Shown here piece by piece: positions 1 to 8,890 of a stretch of 59,525 bases of DNA. The notes beneath the pieces are model-generated. The model saw only the letters and a program-made list of their open reading frames with translations. It did no database searches and was not told the DNA's origin. The DNA lies in IMG/VR virus record IMGVR_UViG_3300022214_000006, positions 1-59,525 of that record; one strand, given 5' to 3'. How positions within the stretch are numbered: position 1 is the stretch's first letter; the number at the start of each line of letters is the position of its first letter. The position numbers were made by a program, and so were the translations under genes. The DNA comes from a virus. Lineage: Duplodnaviria; Caudoviricetes.

Positions 1-3000
1 AATCAGTGTTACAGATTCGTGGGGCATCGCTGGAGTCTATATTAATAAAGTTCGTGAGGACTCTATTAAATACGGTGTGGATATGTCCAAACTTACCGAA
101 GTCAATCGGTCAGTAATGGCACCACTTTTGAGTGCTGGGATAAAATTACCAGAGATTCAAAAGTTCGCAACGGCTGGTGCGGTAGCTGTTAGCGCATTAG
201 GGCTTGGCGCTCAACAGTTTGTTCAGGAGGTGAGGGACCTCGCGACGGCTGGAATAACAGCCGCTAACTCAACACTGGCGACATCTTTGGGTGTTACCAA
301 CACAATGGTTAAGGAGTGGAAGAAGAACGGAACATTCATCGAAGAGATGCTGAAACGCCTTGACGGGTTTAATAAGACTTCCGAAGAGATGTTGCGTAAA
401 ACTTTAACAGGTTCTTGGGAAGTGCTGAAGGCTAAATTAGGTGCAGCATTACAAGACCCCGAAGCGTTTAAAGGTATCATACGCTCAATTAACGCTGTAT
501 CTGATGCCATATCATCACCAGCATTTAAAACTGGTGTAGAGTTTTATTGGGGAGCGATTAAAGGTATTGCTAGTTCGATGATGAACTTCATTGATGTCGT
601 AAAAACTCTAATGCCAGCATTAACTGCTTTGGCTGCTGTATGGACTGCGATGCGTGTTATAGAGGTAGTTAAAACAGCTATGCTTGCCACTACTATCCTG
701 TACGGAAGAGCTGTGACAGTTGTGAATGCTCTTACGGCAAGTACAATAACCTTAGCGGAAGCTGAGATAGTACAAGCTGCTGCGGCTAGAACTAGTGCGG
801 CGGCTATAACTGGAGTTGCTGCATCTGCCGTAGCAGCAAGTAATTCCATGACTAGGGCTGCTGCTGTAGGAGCTTTAGCACGCGGATTAGGATGGGTGGG
901 ATTATTTTTATGGGGTATCTACGAAGTAGCTGACCATTTCGGACTTGTTGATAAATATTTCACATCTATTGAAGATCGCGCAAAGAAAGCACAAGACGCT
1001 ATCAAAATAATGGGTGACGAGAGTTTAAAAGACAAATTAGCTGCTGCTGGGAGAGAAGTCACAAGGGCTGAGTCAGCTAAAGCGATGTGGGCTAAAAACC
1101 CATATTCAACCGCCGCTGATATGGTTAAAGCAGATAAAGTTATAGCTGATGCTAAAACAATATATGATATTTATTGGAATGAATGGGACAAACGCGCAAA
1201 CGAAGAGCAAAAATTTCGTGACATGCTTCCTAAAGTTGAGGGGAAGTTAGGGCTAGGTGATGATGCCGGGAAAGGTGCTTCAGACGCAGCTTTTCAATCC
1301 CGCATGGAGCAAGTAAAATTAGAAATGCAGGCGAAAGTCTCAGCTTCTGATAAAGAACTTTCAAACGTTGAAAGAGTTGAACTTGCTTGGCAAAAACTTT
1401 ACGCTGAGAAATATAAACACCTAACCTATTCGGAAAAACTTAAAGAGTTCAATGAATACACTTTAGGTAGAGAAGCTGCTAGATTAGCCGACATCAAAGA
1501 AGCCCACGAAAAAATCATGGACACTTTGAAAAAAGAAGCCGAGCATTATGAAAAACTTGGGCGCAAAGAACCCTCTCAAATCGAAGCCATCCAAGCCGAT
1601 ATTAAAGTTCGTGAAGAACGTTTGAAATCTTTGCGTGAAGAGATCAGTCTTCGTGAAAAATTGGAGACGGCACCTACTGCCGCCGAGAAGTTTCAAACAT
1701 TAGGTCGTATTGAAGAAGGTAGGATGGCTACAGATGCTTTAGCTGGCTGGCTTCCCGGAGAACAAGGTAAAAAAATAACAGCTCCCGGATCAGTTCGCGG
1801 TCGTAGTGATTTTGGTGTATTTTCTGCTACTGGGGGTTCAGGTATTACTGAAGCTACTCAGACATATGAAGAATTGAGAATGAAGTCAGAAAAGAAAATA
1901 AGTTTCTTCACGACTCAGCAGTTAATTGAACAAGCAGCGGCGGTAGATAAAAGTATAACTGATGGAAGAACAGCGTCGGTTAGAGTGATAGGTCTGGAAA
2001 CCCTAAAAATACAAGAAGAAACAGCTAAGATCGGGCTTGATAGAGAAGAACAAAACCTGTTGGATATAGAGAAAGCCAGAAAAAATATCGAGAAATCTGT
2101 AGGTGATGATAGATTAGCTTATCAAGAACAATTATTGGCTCTTCAAAAAAAGAACGAAGCCGAACTAGCCTTTGAACGTCGTAAAGAATTCGTGGCGATG
2201 TTTGACGGCCTATTGGCACCGGGCACTAATATTATGAATCAACTCGCAGCCAACTTTGGTAAAGCTGTTAATCAGCATATCCAGAGTGCTACCAGCAACA
2301 TAGCGATGAAGGTTTCATCTGGTAAAACATCTGAAATATCTAAAAGCGATTGGGTGATGACTGTAGTTGGTATCGTAGGTTCTCTGGTTTCATCAGGGGG
2401 AGCATCTGCCGCTCAAATAGCTAAAGTTACTGCCGCAGAGGTTCAAAAAACTACTGGAACAGGAACTATTCTAGGTGATATGTTGGCTCAAAGTAAATCG
2501 CTTAACAACTCCATGAATTTGCTGAACAGTACGGCATTTGCAACAAACAAATATACTATTCAGATGGTTGACAGTTTGAAGAATGTCGAGAACTCAATGA
2601 AGTCGTTTATCAACGTTCTAGGAAAGTCTTTGGGTGGAGATATAGCGGCTTCGATGGGGATAGCCAGAAGTTCTGAAGAATCTTCAAGATTTGCCAGATA
2701 CAATATACGGGTGGGTGATATTAGCCATAGCCAAGCCGGTGAGAATGTATTAGGGAGCGCATTTAGAACAAGACTAAATAATCTTGTTTGGGGTACTGTT
2801 ACCGACACTGTTACCGATACAGGCTTGATGATACGTGGAACACTTCAACAAATTGCTCAAGGCTTAGGCGTAACTCAGTATGCTGCCGGAACCAGTAAAA
2901 GTTCAGGCGTACTTGGTATCCTTGGCGGTAAAACATCAACTTGGGAACGTGAGGTAGCGGCACCTGAAAAACTAGCTATGGCTTTAGCTGATGTCTACAC

Positions 3001-4816
3001 TAACATGAAAGATGTGTTTAAGACAGCCAGCGAATCATTAGGTACAAGCGTAACCGATGTTGACCGTGTGTTCTCAACATTCCAAACACGAATTGGTAAA
3101 CTTAGTCTTGAAGGATTAAACGCCGAACAAAAATTAGAGGCTTTGAATACAGCCGTTAGTAAAGATGCGGATTTGATTGCCACTGAATTGTTCCCTGAGA
3201 TGTTAAAGTTTCAAGCTGCTGGTGAAGGTATACTGGAAACTTTATCGCGTGTAGTAGTTGAAATATCCATCATGGATGACTACTTTTCACGGATAGGTGT
3301 TACGTCTAAGACAACCGCCGAAAATGCCGATGCCTTGGTGACGGCTTTGGGTGGAGTTGATTCGGCTTCTCGCAAACTGCAAGATTATTACGCAAACTTT
3401 TTCACCGATGCCGAACGCAGCGCGCATGACATAAAAATACTTGGTGAGCATTTTAAAGAACTCCGGCTGACAATGCCAGCAACCAATGAAGAATTTAGAA
3501 AGCTGGTTGAATCGCAAGATTTGACAACAGCTTCAGGTATTGAAACCTATGCAGCGTTGATTGACATCAGCGATGCGTTTAATATGGTTACAAAGGCTTC
3601 AGAAGCTGCTACAAACGCTGCCAGAGAACAGTTTAGCCTTGTCATGACAGCGATAGATAGCCTGAGAAAGTTCGGGGTCTCTGTACGAGATTTGATGGAC
3701 TCTCTGCGGCGCGGCGATCAAGCACCAACTGCTATGGCTGCATCAACTCTCAGGAATGAGTTCAGAGCCATTAACGCCCTCGCTGCTGGCGGCGACATCG
3801 CAGCTCAGGGTAAGCTGGCTGGAGCCGCTACCGACTTCCTGACGGCTTCTAAAGCTCAGGCTAATAGTGCTCTTGAATACGCAAGAGATTTCGCCTTCGT
3901 TCAGGCTTCGCTTAACACGACTGCCACAACTACTGAAGACATCGTTAGTGCCTCCGATAAGTCTTTACAAGCAGCCGTAGAAGCTAATACATTCTTGGCC
4001 GACATTGCCGACAACACAAAGAATACAAAAAATAATATTACTGCTTTAGCTGTGGCGTTAGGTGAATTACCAAAATCAATTGTTGACGCTGGTGGCACTG
4101 TTCCGCAGGGGATGGTGGATGGTCTTAAAGATTTTAATACTGCTGTTACATCTGCTTATGGTCAGTTAAGTTCTCTGATGCAGCAGGGGTATATGCAGCT
4201 TCTTCAAGTTGTATCTATGAAAACAGGTGGTATGACATCTGAAATGGCTTCAATGACCCCGCCGCAGATAGCCTTGCCACCAGTTACCGTTGCGCCAACT
4301 CCGGCTGAAATAGTTGCTCCCGTTGAAGCAGTGCAAATTGCGGCGATACCTGTAGTAGATGTTTATACTGCTTCGCAAGAAAGAATAGCAGCTAAAGAAG
4401 CTGCTTTGGCGGCTTTTCGTGCGGCTGAAGCCGAATTGAGCTTTTATACGGAAATGGAAGCACTATCTGGTACGGGATACCATAATCCGTATATAGATAA
4501 TGTTCGAGATAAGTATACAACCGCAAAAAACTACTACGACTCCTTACCAGAATTCGCAATAGGTTCTAACTATATCGAACGCGATATGATTGCACAGGTA
4601 CACGCTGGTGAAGAAATAACTCCAAAACCTTACGTTGATATGCAGCGATCTGAACGCAGTGAAACCAATAGACTGCTTGCTGAATTCAGGGATTCTTTTA
4701 TTCAGGAACTCAGAGCAATAGGACTGCCGATTATTCAGAACACTCGTGACACTGCGAAGATATTGACTAGATTCGATGGTGATGGATTGCCCGAGACAAG
4801 AGTAGTTACAGCATAA
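1..4816 (+). CDS. Tail tape measure protein (5' truncated by the window edge)
   Basis: Frame is open from position 2; very long Ala-rich helical/coiled-coil protein with hydrophobic segments; C-terminal 'LPEFAIGSNYIERDMIAQVHAGEEITP' is typical of siphovirus tape measure ends; followed by tail genes. Confidence 0.9.
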   Translation, partial: ISVTDSWGIAGVYINKVREDSIKYGVDMSKLTEVNRSVMAPLLSAGIKLPEIQKFATAGAVAVSALGLGAQQFVQEVRDLATAGITAANSTLATSLGVTNTMVKEWKKNGTFIEEMLKRLDGFNKTSEEMLRKTLTGSWEVLKAKLGAALQDPEAFKGIIRSINAVSDAISSPAFKTGVEFYWGAIKGIASSMMNFIDVVKTLMPALTALAAVWTAMRVIEVVKTAMLATTILYGRAVTVVNALTASTITLAEAEIVQAAAARTSAAAITGVAASAVAASNSMTRAAAVGALARGLGWVGLFLWGIYEVADHFGLVDKYFTSIEDRAKKAQDAIKIMGDESLKDKLAAAGREVTRAESAKAMWAKNPYSTAADMVKADKVIADAKTIYDIYWNEWDKRANEEQKFRDMLPKVEGKLGLGDDAGKGASDAAFQSRMEQVKLEMQAKVSASDKELSNVERVELAWQKLYAEKYKHLTYSEKLKEFNEYTLGREAARLADIKEAHEKIMDTLKKEAEHYEKLGRKEPSQIEAIQADIKVREERLKSLREEISLREKLETAPTAAEKFQTLGRIEEGRMATDALAGWLPGEQGKKITAPGSVRGRSDFGVFSATGGSGITEATQTYEELRMKSEKKISFFTTQQLIEQAAAVDKSITDGRTASVRVIGLETLKIQEETAKIGLDREEQNLLDIEKARKNIEKSVGDDRLAYQEQLLALQKKNEAELAFERRKEFVAMFDGLLAPGTNIMNQLAANFGKAVNQHIQSATSNIAMKVSSGKTSEISKSDWVMTVVGIVGSLVSSGGASAAQIAKVTAAEVQKTTGTGTILGDMLAQSKSLNNSMNLLNSTAFATNKYTIQMVDSLKNVENSMKSFINVLGKSLGGDIAASMGIARSSEESSRFARYNIRVGDISHSQAGENVLGSAFRTRLNNLVWGTVTDTVTDTGLMIRGTLQQIAQGLGVTQYAAGTSKSSGVLGILGGKTSTWEREVAAPEKLAMALADVYTNMKDVFKTASESLGTSVTDVDRVFSTFQTRIGKLSLEGLNAEQKLEALNTAVSKDADLIATELFPEMLKFQAAGEGILETLSRVVVEISIMDDYFSRIGVTSKTTAENADALVTALGGVDSASRKLQDYYANFFTDAERSAHDIKILGEHFKELRLTMPATNEEFRKLVESQDLTTASGIETYAALIDISDAFNMVTKASEAATNAAREQFSLVMTAIDSLRKFGVSVRDLMDSLRRGDQAPTAMAASTLRNEFRAINALAAGGDIAAQGKLAGAATDFLTASKAQANSALEYARDFAFVQASLNTTATTTEDIVSASDKSLQAAVEANTFLADIADNTKNTKNNITALAVALGELPKSIVDAGGTVPQGMVDGLKDFNTAVTSAYGQLSSLMQQGYMQLLQVVSMKTGGMTSEMASMTPPQIALPPVTVAPTPAEIVAPVEAVQIAAIPVVDVYTASQERIAAKEAALAAFRAAEAELSFYTEMEALSGTGYHNPYIDNVRDKYTTAKNYYDSLPEFAIGSNYIERDMIAQVHAGEEITPKPYVDMQRSERSETNRLLAEFRDSFIQELRAIGLPIIQNTRDTAKILTRFDGDGLPETRVVTA

Positions 4817-4826
4817 CGGAGAACGC

Positions 4827-6224
4827 ATGAAAATAATAAGACCATTTATAATAACCGATGCTTCTTTGGTGGCGTGTAACGTCCCCGAAAACGATTACGC
4901 CCGTTGGGATGCTGCGACTACTTATGCAGATGGTGATAAAGTATTAGTCTGCAACCCGGCATCAAATGTAACGATAACTATAGCTACTCCGGGGGTTGTT
5001 ACATGGACGGCGCATGGTCTGGTAGCTAACACTGTTGTAATATTTAAAACAACTTCAGCGTTACCGACAGGTATTACTGCAAACATTGCTTACTATGTTC
5101 GTAATCCAGCAGCAAATACTTTTGAGATAAGTCTAACATCTGGCGGAGCATCAATCAACACCACTGGAACACAATCCGGCACTCACTCATGTCAGGCTAT
5201 GATTTCTCCGGTATCATCAACTGTTACGATGACTACTGCGAACCCTACTGTAATTACATGGGCGGCTCATGGGTTCCTAGACGATCAAAAAGTAATATTT
5301 TATTCTACCGGAACGCTCCCGACAGGAATAACAACTAACATACCATACTATATAACTCGTGCCGCAGTGAACACGTTTCAAATATCCTCATCTGCTGGAG
5401 GTGCAAGTATTGCGGTAACTGGTGCTGGTTCTGGAACACATTTTGCAATTGCTCAATACCATAAAGTTTATGAATCTCTTACCGCTGCGAATCTAGGAAA
5501 CGTTCCTCATAAAGTTGACACATCTTGGCTTGATACTGGTGCCAACAACCGCTGGAATATGTTTGACACGTCGATCACATCGCAGACATCTAACCCTGAT
5601 TCAATCGTGTGTTGGATTAGAACTACTGGTCGTGTAGATGCTGCCGCACTGTTAAATGTCCGTGCTAATAATGTGGTGATAACAGGTTATGATTCTTTAG
5701 GAGCTATTGTGTATGGTCCATCAACTTATTCGCTAGTTGATACTACCGCTGTTGGTGACTGGTGGACTTATTACTTTGAACCAATTACATATACAACCGA
5801 TTGGGTCGATATTGATTTTCCACCCTATGCAAATTTGTTACTTAAAATAGAACTTAACAATACAGGGCAATCAGTATTATGTGGAGGCGAAGTTTTAGGA
5901 CTGTCAAAATTGTTAGGTACAGTTCAGTACGGCGCAAATCTTGGTATCTTAGACTATTCTATAAAGCAGCGAGATACCTTCGGAAATTATAATGTACTTG
6001 AAAGAGCATTTAGCAAGAGAGGTAGATATAATTTATGGATTGACACATCATTGGTTGATTCAGTAGTTAATTCTCTGACTCAATATAGAGCTATTCCATG
6101 CGTTTATGTTGGTGTTGAGTCTTACCAGTCCAGTATTATTTATGGGTTTTATAAAGACTTTAACGTAGATATTAGTTATCCAACAATGTCAATATGTTCA
6201 ATTGATGTAGAAGGCTTGACTTAA
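4827..6224 (+). CDS. Tail (distal tail/hub-like) protein with two inserted beta-rich repeats
   Basis: Directly follows the tape measure gene; 'WDAATTYADGDKV' carbohydrate-binding-like motif; two repeats 'VT.T.A.P.V.TW.AHG....V.F..T..LPTGIT.N..YY'. Confidence 0.7.
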   Translation: MKIIRPFIITDASLVACNVPENDYARWDAATTYADGDKVLVCNPASNVTITIATPGVVTWTAHGLVANTVVIFKTTSALPTGITANIAYYVRNPAANTFEISLTSGGASINTTGTQSGTHSCQAMISPVSSTVTMTTANPTVITWAAHGFLDDQKVIFYSTGTLPTGITTNIPYYITRAAVNTFQISSSAGGASIAVTGAGSGTHFAIAQYHKVYESLTAANLGNVPHKVDTSWLDTGANNRWNMFDTSITSQTSNPDSIVCWIRTTGRVDAAALLNVRANNVVITGYDSLGAIVYGPSTYSLVDTTAVGDWWTYYFEPITYTTDWVDIDFPPYANLLLKIELNNTGQSVLCGGEVLGLSKLLGTVQYGANLGILDYSIKQRDTFGNYNVLERAFSKRGRYNLWIDTSLVDSVVNSLTQYRAIPCVYVGVESYQSSIIYGFYKDFNVDISYPTMSICSIDVEGLT

Positions 6225-6267
6225 CCATTAAAACCTGATATACACCAGACAAATTTAGGAGTCTTTT

Positions 6268-6972
6268 ATGACGATTACAGCTTTACCAACAGCACCAGCG
6301 AGAACAATGAGTAGCGATCAATTCGTAGCTGCCGCCGACGCTTGGGTAGCATCACTGCAAAACCTTGTTAACGAGATAAACGCTTTAGGTATAACCACTC
6401 TTACAGGGTCTATTCAGAGTACACCTATTGGTAATATTACACCGTCTACTGGTGCATTTACTACGTTGAGTTCGACTGGTAATACAACTGTAGGTTCTGC
6501 TGGAAACTATTCTATTGCTGCAAATGGAACTACCCCAAAGTATTTAGCATTACTTGCTGAGAACGCATCATATGCAGGATCATTAATTATCCAAGCTGGC
6601 GGCGGCAGTCTAGGCTTTGGTGGAAGTTTTACAGCATTTGGGCATTCTCACGCATCCAAACCCGGTTGGGTGGTAGCTGGAATATCTGCGACATCTGGAG
6701 GCAAATTCTCGGTGCAACCGCAGGCATTAGGGCTTGGCACTGATGTATTTACCGTAGATACTGTCGGCGCAACGATGGTGGGAGATTCATTAACTGTTAC
6801 AACCACCAGTAAGACTGGTGGTTATTTGGTAGCTACTTTACCGGCTGGGACTACTGGTATGGAATGTTATGTAACCGATGCCTTAGCCCCAGCATGGAAT
6901 ACTGCGTTGGTAGGTGGTGGTGCTGTTGTGGTTGGTGCTAGAAAAAATGCTACTGTATGGGTTGCTTTTTAA
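6268..6972 (+). CDS. Tail fibre / receptor-binding protein
   Basis: Gly/Thr-rich; N-terminus 'MTITALPTAP...FVAAADAWV' and 'IG..TPSTGAFTTL' resemble fibre motifs; RBS AGGAG. Confidence 0.7.
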   Translation: MTITALPTAPARTMSSDQFVAAADAWVASLQNLVNEINALGITTLTGSIQSTPIGNITPSTGAFTTLSSTGNTTVGSAGNYSIAANGTTPKYLALLAENASYAGSLIIQAGGGSLGFGGSFTAFGHSHASKPGWVVAGISATSGGKFSVQPQALGLGTDVFTVDTVGATMVGDSLTVTTTSKTGGYLVATLPAGTTGMECYVTDALAPAWNTALVGGGAVVVGARKNATVWVAF

Positions 6973-6987
6973 TTTAAGGAGATTGGG

Positions 6988-7287
6988 ATGGCATTAGTAA
7001 TGTATGAACGGTTGGAGCGATACAATGAGCAAACTGGTGTGTTAAAGGGAGCGCATGTCAAATTATTTGATACCGTTACCGGCAAAGAAGGTGAAGCAAT
7101 GTCTTATACTTCCGCCGCAGCATTAGGTTTTGCTCAAAGCGATATTCTGACACAAGTTGAGACTGGCGCAATTGCTGCTTTAGACGCTAAGATAGCCGAA
7201 CACTCAGTAATAATTGCTATTAAAGATGAGCAACTAGCTATTAAAGACGCACAGATAGCAGCTCTTAAATCTCAGATTGCTGGGTAA
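6988..7287 (+). CDS. Hypothetical tail-associated protein with C-terminal coiled coil
   Basis: RBS AAGGAG; sits after the fibre gene. Confidence 0.55.
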   Translation: MALVMYERLERYNEQTGVLKGAHVKLFDTVTGKEGEAMSYTSAAALGFAQSDILTQVETGAIAALDAKIAEHSVIIAIKDEQLAIKDAQIAALKSQIAG

Positions 7288-7293
7288 TTTATT

Positions 7294-7740
7294 TTGGAAA
7301 TTCTACAAAAACGTTATCTCTTCGGAGAAGATTTTACACTAAGTAAACTGTACATCAACGGTGAATGGTTTAAAGGTTGCCCATACATTCTTGAAGATAC
7401 TGTGCGAGAAATTAAAGGTTTATCCGTAGAAAAGTGGAAAGTTAAATGTGAAACAGCAATACCTGTAGGACGCTACGAAGTTAAAAAAACTTGGAGTGGT
7501 AGATGGTCTAAATTGATGTGGGAAATAACCGGGATCAATGGGTTTGTGGGAGTAAGACCTCACGCTGGAAATACGTCTTATGATACCGAAGGTTGCCCGT
7601 TAACTGGTAAAGAACGTGATGAAAAGCATGGGGAAGTTTCTGGTAGTCGTATAGCTCGTGACGCACTTTATGCTAAAATGGAACAAGCCGAATCATTTGG
7701 CGAAAAAATTTATTGGGCTGTGGAAGGATTACCAAAATGA
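7294..7740 (+). CDS. Putative endolysin, DUF5675 (L,D-peptidase-like) family
   Basis: Motifs 'LED..RE..G.....K...TAIP.G.Y' and 'F.GVR.HAGN...DTEGC.L.G'; first gene of the lysis cluster. Confidence 0.75.
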   Translation: MEILQKRYLFGEDFTLSKLYINGEWFKGCPYILEDTVREIKGLSVEKWKVKCETAIPVGRYEVKKTWSGRWSKLMWEITGINGFVGVRPHAGNTSYDTEGCPLTGKERDEKHGEVSGSRIARDALYAKMEQAESFGEKIYWAVEGLPK

Positions 7741-7985
7741 AAGAATGGTTAAAAGACAAACTTGGGCTAATCAAAGCTGATCTTAAAAAAGCTTGGCTAT
7801 CAATGACTATTTGGTTTGGTATTATTTGCGAGGGAGTTATAGAGTACCTGCCAGAAATTACCAAAGCTGTTTCAGAATCAGAAGAATATATGCTTCCAGA
7901 GACTTACAAACGGATCATGCAGGGTATCGTACTGATAAATATTATTTTACGATTTAGAACTACAAAAGCACTCCGTCACAAATAA
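7737..7985 (+). CDS. Putative holin
   Basis: ATGA overlap with endolysin stop; two hydrophobic segments and a basic C-terminal tail. Confidence 0.6.
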   Translation: MKEWLKDKLGLIKADLKKAWLSMTIWFGIICEGVIEYLPEITKAVSESEEYMLPETYKRIMQGIVLINIILRFRTTKALRHK

Positions 7986-8263
7986 TGGAAACAGTCTTAA
8001 TCACACTCCTGATTTACGCATCAGGAATCTATACTGGTGTCAGTTACGAACACACTAAACAATTAGAAACAGAAAAGATTGTTGCCGATGTTCGTCAAGC
8101 AAGTCAAGAATCTGCTGCCGCCGAGATAGCCAAGATTGAGATTAAACAGTCTACAATTCTTCAACCTGTTATAGAGACCATTCGTAGCGAAGTGAAATAT
8201 ACAGATTGTCGTCACGACGTTGCAACTGTTAAACGAATTAACGAGGCTTTGACTGGGAAATGA
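7985..8263 (+). CDS. Putative i-spanin (Rz-like)
   Basis: N-terminal TM segment, helical periplasmic part, C-terminal 'Y.DC.H....K.INEAL'; position in lysis cassette. Confidence 0.65.
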   Translation: METVLITLLIYASGIYTGVSYEHTKQLETEKIVADVRQASQESAAAEIAKIEIKQSTILQPVIETIRSEVKYTDCRHDVATVKRINEALTGK

Positions 8264-8499
8264 ATACTAAACTTATCGTAGGTTGCGTAGCATTAGTAGT
8301 CCTCGCTGGCTTGCTGTATGGTGCCTACAGTCTCGGAAAGCGTCAGGTGGTGGTAACGTATCAAACAAACCCTCTGGTGGCTGCTAACTGCCCTGAACCG
8401 ACACCGTTGGTTGGTGATGACTTCGGTTCAACAACTCTAAAGCTAATTAGTGTTGGCGGACAGTATGTAAAATGCCGCACTGCCTGTCTGTCTAAATAA
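8260..8499 (+). CDS. Putative o-spanin-like (Rz1-like) protein
   Basis: ATGA overlap with the Rz-like gene; Pro/Cys core 'CPEPTPL.GDDFG.TT.KL....GQY..CR.AC'. Confidence 0.55.
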   Translation: MNTKLIVGCVALVVLAGLLYGAYSLGKRQVVVTYQTNPLVAANCPEPTPLVGDDFGSTTLKLISVGGQYVKCRTACLSK

Positions 8500-8504
8500 A
8501 ACTC

Positions 8505-8538
8505 AAAAAGAAGCCCTGATGTTTAGTCAGGGCTTTAA
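8505..8538. terminator. Intrinsic terminator where the + and - transcription units converge
   Basis: Stem AAGCCCTGA/TCAGGGCTT flanked by A- and T-tracts. Confidence 0.75.
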
Positions 8539-8568
8539 AGACCTCCATTGCGGAGGTCAGAGGAAACT

Positions 8569-8644
8569 TGGAGCGGACTGTCGGCATCGAACCGACGACA
8601 TTCTGATTGGAAATCAGATGCTCTGCCAACTGAGCTAAATCCGC
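8569..8644 (-). tRNA. tRNA-Gly (UCC)
   Basis: 76-nt cloverleaf starting GCGGATT; anticodon arm TCTGA-TTTCCAA-TCAGA; T-loop TTCGATG; encoded CCA. Confidence 0.95.
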
Positions 8645-8648
8645 GAAG

Positions 8649-8715
8649 CCTCTGTGGTCAGATTGATTACTGACATATTCAGCTTATAAGCTGCGCACTT
8701 TACTGCCACACAGAG
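8649..8715 (-). pseudogene. Degenerate tRNA-like element
   Basis: Acceptor-like stem CTCTGTG/CACAGAG, short D-like arm, palindromic CAGCTTATAAGCTG arm, T-like arm GTCAG/CTGAC; loops non-canonical, no CCA. Confidence 0.45.
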
Positions 8716-8716
8716 T

Positions 8717-8858
8717 TTTGTTGGCGATGCTGACTGACTCTAGAAATCAATCACGTTCGGGTTTCCAAGGTTACGCGCACCATCCGGTACACTCCCGACC
8801 TCGATGTGTGGTTTTTTATACCATCATCCGTTTCGACAACGCTTGCATCACCAACAAA
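8717..8858 (-). ncRNA. Unknown structured ncRNA candidate (~140 nt)
   Basis: 14-bp closing stem with a G-U pair on the minus strand, several internal hairpins, own sigma70 promoter. Confidence 0.55.
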
Positions 8859-8861
8859 CAT

Positions 8862-8890
8862 ATTATACTAAAAAGGCTTACCCGATGCAA
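8862..8890 (-). promoter_or_regulatory. sigma70-type promoter for the ncRNA/tRNA unit
   Basis: TTGCAT-N17-TATAAT. Confidence 0.7.

Noticed and set aside
223-4828. Short minus-strand ORFs within the tape measure gene
   Set aside because: Antisense shadows of a long coding region.
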